A stretch of DNA of 49,436 nt from Aduncisulcus paluster (lineage: Eukaryota), in NCBI GenBank assembly GCA_024181965.1, contig BQXS01010965.1, positions 1 through 49,436 on the forward strand. Direction: 5' to 3'. The notes under the pieces were generated by a model. It searched no databases. It had not been told where the DNA came from and was given only the letters and a program-made list of their open reading frames with translations. Below are positions 42,598-49,436 of the stretch, piece after piece. The first letter of the stretch is position 1, and every line of letters starts with the position of its first letter. A program made the translations under genes and the position numbers.

Positions 42598-45157
42598 ATG
42601 GATAGTATAGTTATTCGAAAGAATTGTGAATCAAGAACTCTTGTCGCCCTGGATAAGTTGAATGTCCACGACACTGTACACGTTGGAAAAGCACAACTTA
42701 TTAGAATTAGTCGAGAAATACAAGGATTGAGACAACAACTTATAAAGTTTTTTGTATGTGAAGCTATTATTTCAAATCACAAATTTTTTGTTTTTTTTTT
42801 ATCTTCAAAATTCCCTTACTTGATATTATTTACACCAAAATTTAGAGATTATTATGTGCATTTACGAAGATAAAGCTTCCATCAGGACNNNNNNNNNNNN
42901 NNNNNNNNCGCCCTGGATAAGTTGAATGTCCACGACACTGTACACGTTGGAAAAGCACAACTTATTAGAATTAGTCGAGAAATACAAGGATTGAGACAAC
43001 AACTTATAAAGTTTTTTGTATGTGAAGCTATTATTTCAAATCACAAATTTTTTGTTTTTTTTTATCTTCAAAATTCCCTTACTTGATATTATTTACACCA
43101 AAATTTAGAGATTATTATGTGCATTTACGAAGATAAAGCTTCCATCAGGACAAGTAGCTCTGCTTCAAGTGATATCTGATGCCTGTGTCTTTCATGCCGA
43201 TAAAATGTGGGCGTCTGTACCTCATATCGCCACTCAAATTGCATATGCTGCAGCTCAAAAGAGGGACATGGTCGTAAAACAGGCTCAACATACATTCAAA
43301 CATTTGGCTTCCGATGTTCTTGCACACGCTGAAAAAGTTCCAGGGCTTTCAGCATCTTTAAAACCAATTATTTCAACTCCTTTAAAATATTTAACAACTG
43401 CTGTGCCAGAAAAACAACAAGCAGGAGCCTTATTGCTTGCAGCTGCATTTTCTGGTGCATCTTTAGCTTCTCAGAAGACAGTATTTTCGTCAATTATTCC
43501 AAAATTAACAAGTTCATATTCATATGTTGCTCCTCCATCACAAGCTTCAATTATGCAAGCACTTGGAACCATTTTACAAGATACCAAACAAGCTGGGTTT
43601 ATTGCAATATACGCTCATGATATTTTCCAACTCTGTACAAGTGGAGTCTTGAATACACAATGGAGTGTTCGAGCAGCCACAATTAAAGTACTTGAAGTCC
43701 TCTATGTTAGTCAATATCTGAGTCCTGATGAAAATCAGAATCTTGTACGAATTGTCAAGTCAGAGCTTCATGATCCACATTCATCTGTTCGCCTTGCAGC
43801 AAAGGAGGCCATTTCAACATGCTCAGGGGTAGATATGTCGAGAGCTGTTAATGCATTTGGCACTGAAGATGATGATGATTCAGATACACTTGAAGGGGAA
43901 GATGATGGGATGTTAATTCTTGGATCTGGAAAATCTAAATATGTATCTTCGAAAAAATCTTCTCACAAATATTCTTCAAAACTCAAACAAAAGAGACCCC
44001 AAAGTGCACCGTTTCGCTCATATCAATCTTCCATTCACTCTTTCGATCGTTTAGATCCTGATGAAGTTCTTGATAGAGATTCCACAGAAAAACAACTTCC
44101 CCTTGCATTTTCTGAACAGCAAGAAGCCAAAATCCATAGTGAGCGACTCTCTCGATTAGTATCAAACACTGAGAAACTTCGAGATCAAATTCATGGAACT
44201 GGCTCTGCTTCACGTCACACCAATGCAACTTTTCCCACAACAGATACATCTGAGCAATATTTCCAATCATCAAATCCCGCCCAAAAAAAGATGAAAAAAG
44301 TTCGAATTGTATCATCCTCACAAGAATTACCATCTTCAATGTTAACTGGAAGTCAAGATATTGGATCTTTGATCTCTTCATCCCAAAAATGGGAATCCGA
44401 TTTAAGATCTCAAGAACAGGCATTATTGCAACTCGATAAAACAAAGAGCCAAAAAGATAGGGCGATTTCTTCTTCTTTGAGAAGGATGGAAGACTCTCTG
44501 GCCAAGATGGAAAAAAGGTTTACTGAACGAATTGATGAAGTTGAGCGTCTATTTATTCAAAAAGTTGATACAATTGGTGCACGTGTCGAAGCCATTGAAA
44601 AACGGTTGTATACTGAAGTCACCATGAAACAGGCTTTCCCTGGTCTCCCTCTTCAACAAAGTTTTCAACCCATAGAAACATTTCAGCAAAAACTTCCACC
44701 ACCTCAGCTCTCAACACCTCAATACAGTAGCTATGAACAATCCAACTCAACTATTGTCCCAACTCATTCACATCCTCTGCCTATGCAATATGATCGAAGA
44801 GATGAACAAGATACTCCAGGCGTTGTTCAGGCAACAATTCTTTCAGCATTATCACAGAAAGCAGATGGTGCATTTCTCCCTGTTTTGAGGGTTATATCAG
44901 GGAAACGTGTTTTACATCTTCTTGACACGGCCGTGGCTGAACGATTATTACTATATGTTGCAGGTCACTTATCAAAAGGAGAGTTTGTGGATTCTTTTGT
45001 ACCTTTATTGGGTGAAGTAAGTATCGTCAAGCCTCACCTGGGTTCTTATGCAATCCAAACTCTAAAAGATTCGATAAAAGTTGCCATGAGTATATATCGT
45101 GATAACACGGGACTTCAACAGGCCCAAATTGATATCAATAATGCTTATCCATTGTAG
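42598..45157 (+). CDS. SPIRAL2/TORTIFOLIA1-like HEAT-repeat microtubule-associated protein (2 exons, 734 aa)
   Basis: Exon 1 is 42598-42753. The phase-0 intron is GTATGT...TTTAG (42754-42845). Exon 2 resumes at 43109 in the post-gap copy (RLLCAFTK...). N-terminus R.LVALDKL..HDT......L resembles TOR1/SPR2, followed by HEAT repeats (Q.GALLL, W.VR.A...L), a coiled coil and a helical C-terminal domain. Confidence 0.65.
42645..43151. repeat. ~244-bp direct duplication flanking 20-N gap (T10 vs T9 difference)
   Basis: 42645-42888 vs 42909-43151. Confidence 0.9.
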
Positions 45158-45389
45158 GCACAAATTTATTTTCCCTGTTTATTCAATCAGTAGCTATATT
45201 ATTCCATTTTTAAAATATATTAGATTAAAAAATAATAATATGCTAATCACAATTGAATAAACCCCTCCGAGTCAAAAAACCATGATTTATTGGATCTAAT
45301 CGCATGCTAACCTGAATATCTTATCATGTACTGACAAGTTACATCAAATTTAATTGAGATAACGAAATAAAAATAGCTAACTTAAAATA

Positions 45390-45462
45390 TGCTCCCACTG
45401 GGGCTCGAACCCAGGACCTCCGGTTCATAAGACCAGCGCACTACCGACTGTGCAATGAGAGC
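45390..45462 (-). tRNA. tRNA-Ile (anticodon UAU), intronless
   Basis: GCTCTCA TT GCAC AGTCGGTA GTGC G CTGGT CT-TAT-GA ACCGG AGGTC CTGGG TTCGAGC CCCAG TGGGAGC A forms a full 73-nt cloverleaf. No encoded CCA; a TTTT Pol III terminator follows. Confidence 0.95.
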
Positions 45463-45694
45463 TGCCAGTTTTATTTTGGGTTCTTCTGAAATTATTTTAA
45501 AATTCTTAGAATTGAGAATATAGAGCATATAATATAGATTCTAAAATTTTCTATCTATTGTCATCGTGATTTATTAATGTTACGAGCAAATTCATATGAA
45601 CTCCGGTACACATTTTTCCAAAATTAAATGGTTGTTAACCATATGAAAAATACTAAAAAGATATAAAAGAAATGGAAATACAATATTATCGTCA

Positions 45695-48600
45695 TTACAT
45701 GGCTTCCAATACAAAACGATGTCCCAAAGCATCACGAAGGGCATGCAAGAATCTATATCTATGTCTCCAGCTATCGAACATCAATTGCCAGGAGACAAGA
45801 CCAAGTGTGGGTGAATGGAAAAGCAAAAAACATATTGGCCTCTCCTTTTCAGTGATCTGAGCCTTTAAAAACTCTTCCACAAGGTGACATCTTTCGATAG
45901 AGAAGATTGGAGTTGTAACGGTCTTCCACTGAGCACATGAGGGGAATCGGGTGTAATCCACGGACATCAAGAAGATCCTTCTTTCACTCACCATCACAAC
46001 TCTATTCACGACCTCAATATCCTCAGGACCCTGGAAAGACTCATGTTCCAAGAAAATACTACGAACGGTTGGATGAGATGCAGAAATGGGAATATATACC
46101 ATTGAAAGGGAGACAATGTTAACTTTGGATGCAGAAAGAGAACCAGATACAGCAGAACCAGAAGCCATAGACATGACATCAAGTTCTTTGAAATATCCAG
46201 AAATAGCCCTGTCAACTTCACGATTGAAGGCAATGGTTTCAGTCTCAACATGGAAATGAGCAGATATATCCTTGCCTATTTCCTTCGAATAGAATAGATT
46301 AATGGCACTCCTGAATACACCCTCAATCTCTTCAGTGGTCGTAGCATCCCTGGTCAACACAATCAATGGAGGACAGGCTGTTCCAAATTCGAATCGAATG
46401 CCCTGGCCTCTGAGAATAACAACCATTTGAGAGAGTTGGGAAAGACTCCATGTATTGATCTTCTTCAAATAAGACTTCTCGTTGTAAGGTTTGAAGATAT
46501 CATTTCTGTGGGGGTCCTCGACTTGGTATATCTTATCGGTCGAGAGAATAATTCCACCATACCGAATTTCAGTGGAGTGGGGATCATCGTAGAAGTTTAC
46601 ACTCACACGCCAGAATCCAAGCAGCCGCTCAGTAATAGTCGAGAATAACTTTCGACAGAACATACCTTCCATATGTTCATTGAATCGAGAAGTGTAAGAC
46701 AAATATTTGCTTCGTTCTTTTTCGGGGATAGTTGTCGCAAGGGCATCTTCACGATCTACAGATACACCGTACTTGCTCACAGATTTGGCACCATTCAAAT
46801 TCTCTGCAACATTCCTCAGTGTGGCACGGTCAGCCACAGCCACAACGGCAGCAGCGGCAGCGATAGCCATTGGTCCTAATTCATCCTCACTCCATTCCTC
46901 TCTATCATCCATGGTGGAGAAACCAGTCAATTGGGACAGAGCAGATCCAAGAGCATTCTGAAGGGATTTCACAACGGTATTATCGAGCTTCTGATCCTCT
47001 TTCTCGGCTTCTTCAAGATATTTCTCCAAGTCTTCCTTTTCTTCCTGTTCACGTTGTTGGAGCTCCTTCTGTTTCTTCTCTTGCTCCTCTTCTTTCTTTC
47101 TCTTGGCAGCCTCATCGTCAGTGAAGACACGAACATTCTCAAGAACAGAATCATCATACTCTGAATCCTCCAATTCTGCATCAACATTGAAATCGAACAT
47201 TTCATCTTCTTCATCCTTTTTCCGCATCTCTTCCTCGAGCTGTTGTTTCACTCTCTCTTCAATCTCCCCTGCTTTTAATGTCTCAGTTTCTTCCCCAATA
47301 AGTTGTTTTTGGGCCTCTTTCTCAAGAATTTCCCTCATTTTCTCCTTCATTTGTTCTCTCTCGAGCCCAGCATCAACGAGAGTGAGAGAAACAGGCTGAG
47401 CCGTCTGAATGGCACGCTTCAAGCAAATGGGATCACTCACACAGACACCATCTCGCTTGCTGTTCAGCATATTTGTGGCCAGAGACAAAAGATTGAACTT
47501 AAAGTCTCGATCAGAGTCAGCCACATAAGGAAGAGAATGCGGACGTGATATAATGAACTTGTAACGTTCGGCATGGGATAAATGCTGCACGACAAGAGAG
47601 GAGGTTGCCCCAGCTTCGTATTCTTTCACAGCAGACTCATAGTCAGGATCTTCACCATAACTCTGCTTGAAGATAGACTCACACTCGATTTGGAATGTTA
47701 GGTCATGCCATTTCTTGGATTCCTGACTTGGGAGAGGAGGCTCAGGATAAGATGGGAGAAGCATCCGCTTCCGCTTACATATGACATCTCGCATTGTTAT
47801 CTCACTCACATTCAATTGTCTACGAAGTTCTTCGTTCAGTTTAAGCTGCTTCTCTTTCTCCTCTGCATCTTCGCGTTCAATCTTGGCCTTATGCTCTTCG
47901 TCACGCTTCTTCCATTCGATCAAGGCCTTCTCCTTCTGCACAGAGAGCATCAATTTCCTCTTTTCCTTCTCCTCCACCTCGATATCTTTCCACTCCTTCG
48001 CTTGTTTTTCCCGCATTCGCAACCATTTCCTCTTTGAACGGAACTCAAGACGACGGATCTCCTCTTCAACACGCTGCTTACGACCGTTTAGTCTCCCGTC
48101 CATCTCCTCTGTCTCAATCCACTCGGAGGGATCAATGATCCTCACCCCTGATATTTTGCAGGGAGAAGGAGAAGAGAAGAAGGAAGCAGAATGACACCCA
48201 ACACAGTGGGGCTTACGGTTCGGCAAGGAAATGAATGAAGAAGAACAGAGCATACAGAAACACTCTTGTTTGTGGGTGTCCTTGGGCGATTTGTGCTCAA
48301 GAGAAGAAGAAATACGATGGGGAATGATTATACGCTTGTCATCAAGTTGAGACATTAGCTCACCATCATCTGCATCTTTCCCTTCTTCTTCTCTATCAAG
48401 TCCTTGTTCACGGGCTCTAGCATTGGCGTGGATCTTATCTTGTCTCATTTTGTCTTCAATGTCACGCTCAGCTTCGAGTTTCTCGATTCGAAGATCCCCT
48501 CGCTGCGTGGTAGCTATGGGATATTTTGCTGCCAAATAAGGTTGGAGGATACTCAGAATCTCTCCAACACTGCTGGTTCCACCAACTTCATCCTTGACAC

Positions 48601-49420
48601 TAAAGAACAGGGTCGACACACAAAACGGAGTCATGTCAAGGATATCTTCAGCGTCAAGCCCCCAGAACATGTCAGAAGGATGAGGAGTCACATTGAAAGG
48701 AAGAGAAGCATCGATAACAACCTCTGGCTCAGATTCAGACTTATCTTCATCATCAGAGTTCTCAGGTTCTTCCTTCTGCTCTTCGACCGAGGGCTCAGGT
48801 GTTGGATCTGGACGTTCGAAAAGACCAGATGATTCTTCCTCTTCAGCTTGGACCTCTTCCTCTTCCTCTTCCTCTTCTTCAACCGACGCACGAATATCTG
48901 CTTCATACTGGGCATGCCTCTCTCTCTCTTCTCTCTTCCATTCCCGTTCTCTCTTCTGCTCTTCGTCCTGCTCTTTCCTCAGTCTCTCAAGTTGCCGTTC
49001 TTTCTCTTCCTCTCTCTCTCGCTGTTCGGCATCATCTTCTCCCTGTGTATCAAAATACTCCCCTCTTTCTTCTGCGTGTTTCCTTCGCATCTCTCTCTCT
49101 TCTTCGCGAACTTTCAGATTTCTTTCCATTTCTTTACGAAGAGTCTCACGAACCTCAAGACGACGTTCAGTCTGAGAACGTCTGAATTTCAGGTATCTTC
49201 TACGTGTTTCTTCCTGCAATTCCCACGAATAGGCACAATCAGGACATGTGAACCAGAACACAAGCTCCACTGCTCTGTAAATACCGTTATCGTCATCATA
49301 TTGGGGCAATAATATACAATCCAATGCGGATAACCATGTCTTCCTTTCTATCACCCCATTTAGATCTCGCTGAATGATGAGATCTTGCTCAGGAAGGATA
49401 TCTATTGTCACTTCTTCCAT
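45695..49420 (-). CDS. Large coiled-coil/acidic protein with Cys cluster and C-terminal PH-like domains (STK11IP/nischarin C-terminus-like); may extend beyond window
   Basis: 1241-aa ORF whose frame stays open to the window edge. Contains C.LCS..F.......C..C.S, IILSTDKIYQVE and LSQLSQMVVILRGQGIRFEF, which resemble STK11IP/nischarin C-terminal regions. The family call is tentative. Confidence 0.6.
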   Translation of the reverse strand: MEEVTIDILPEQDLIIQRDLNGVIERKTWLSALDCILLPQYDDDNGIYRAVELVFWFTCPDCAYSWELQEETRRRYLKFRRSQTERRLEVRETLRKEMERNLKVREEEREMRRKHAEERGEYFDTQGEDDAEQREREEEKERQLERLRKEQDEEQKREREWKREERERHAQYEADIRASVEEEEEEEEEVQAEEEESSGLFERPDPTPEPSVEEQKEEPENSDDEDKSESEPEVVIDASLPFNVTPHPSDMFWGLDAEDILDMTPFCVSTLFFSVKDEVGGTSSVGEILSILQPYLAAKYPIATTQRGDLRIEKLEAERDIEDKMRQDKIHANARAREQGLDREEEGKDADDGELMSQLDDKRIIIPHRISSSLEHKSPKDTHKQECFCMLCSSSFISLPNRKPHCVGCHSASFFSSPSPCKISGVRIIDPSEWIETEEMDGRLNGRKQRVEEEIRRLEFRSKRKWLRMREKQAKEWKDIEVEEKEKRKLMLSVQKEKALIEWKKRDEEHKAKIEREDAEEKEKQLKLNEELRRQLNVSEITMRDVICKRKRMLLPSYPEPPLPSQESKKWHDLTFQIECESIFKQSYGEDPDYESAVKEYEAGATSSLVVQHLSHAERYKFIISRPHSLPYVADSDRDFKFNLLSLATNMLNSKRDGVCVSDPICLKRAIQTAQPVSLTLVDAGLEREQMKEKMREILEKEAQKQLIGEETETLKAGEIEERVKQQLEEEMRKKDEEDEMFDFNVDAELEDSEYDDSVLENVRVFTDDEAAKRKKEEEQEKKQKELQQREQEEKEDLEKYLEEAEKEDQKLDNTVVKSLQNALGSALSQLTGFSTMDDREEWSEDELGPMAIAAAAAVVAVADRATLRNVAENLNGAKSVSKYGVSVDREDALATTIPEKERSKYLSYTSRFNEHMEGMFCRKLFSTITERLLGFWRVSVNFYDDPHSTEIRYGGIILSTDKIYQVEDPHRNDIFKPYNEKSYLKKINTWSLSQLSQMVVILRGQGIRFEFGTACPPLIVLTRDATTTEEIEGVFRSAINLFYSKEIGKDISAHFHVETETIAFNREVDRAISGYFKELDVMSMASGSAVSGSLSASKVNIVSLSMVYIPISASHPTVRSIFLEHESFQGPEDIEVVNRVVMVSERRIFLMSVDYTRFPSCAQWKTVTTPIFSIERCHLVEEFLKAQITEKERPICFLLFHSPTLGLVSWQLMFDSWRHRYRFLHALRDALGHRFVLEAM

Positions 49421-49436
49421 CTCTAGAAGTTGCAGA

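Noticed and set aside
12178-43151. Four 244-328 bp direct repeats as LTRs, target-site duplications or real gene duplications
   Set aside because: Each flanks an exactly 20-N gap, and collapsing each restores a single gene; typical unmerged scaffold overlap.

Overview
Gene-dense, AT-rich eukaryotic (protist) scaffold in the standard genetic code. Intergenic gaps are short, and six short spliceosomal introns all begin GTATGT. Gene content and the repeat-plus-kinase family suggest an anaerobic metamonad (Carpediemonas-like fornicate such as Aduncisulcus); this is inference only. Genes from left to right: partial LPCAT-like acyltransferase, RAD51 paralogue, small spliced TPR-like gene missed by the ORF track, VTI1 SNARE, ERCC6L/PICH-like SNF2 ATPase, ~4,840-aa orphan, bacterial-type nitroreductase, AAAP amino-acid transporter, spliced repeat+kinase gene, Gly/His repeat micro-protein, helical orphan, bacterial-type DUF1963 gene head-to-head with a viperin (RSAD2-like) radical SAM enzyme, SPRTN-like protease, N-terminally short BOP1/ERB1, cytosolic GluRS, SPIRAL2/TORTIFOLIA1-like protein, intronless tRNA-Ile(UAU), and a partial STK11IP/nischarin-like gene. 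Four 20-N gaps with flanking duplications, plus one 616-bp tandem duplication, look like assembly artefacts and break four genes. The most notable region is the ~10-kb accessory block at 25.4-35.3 kb. It ends in a divergent viperin whose upstream region carries a copy of the kinase gene's first exon and splice donor.
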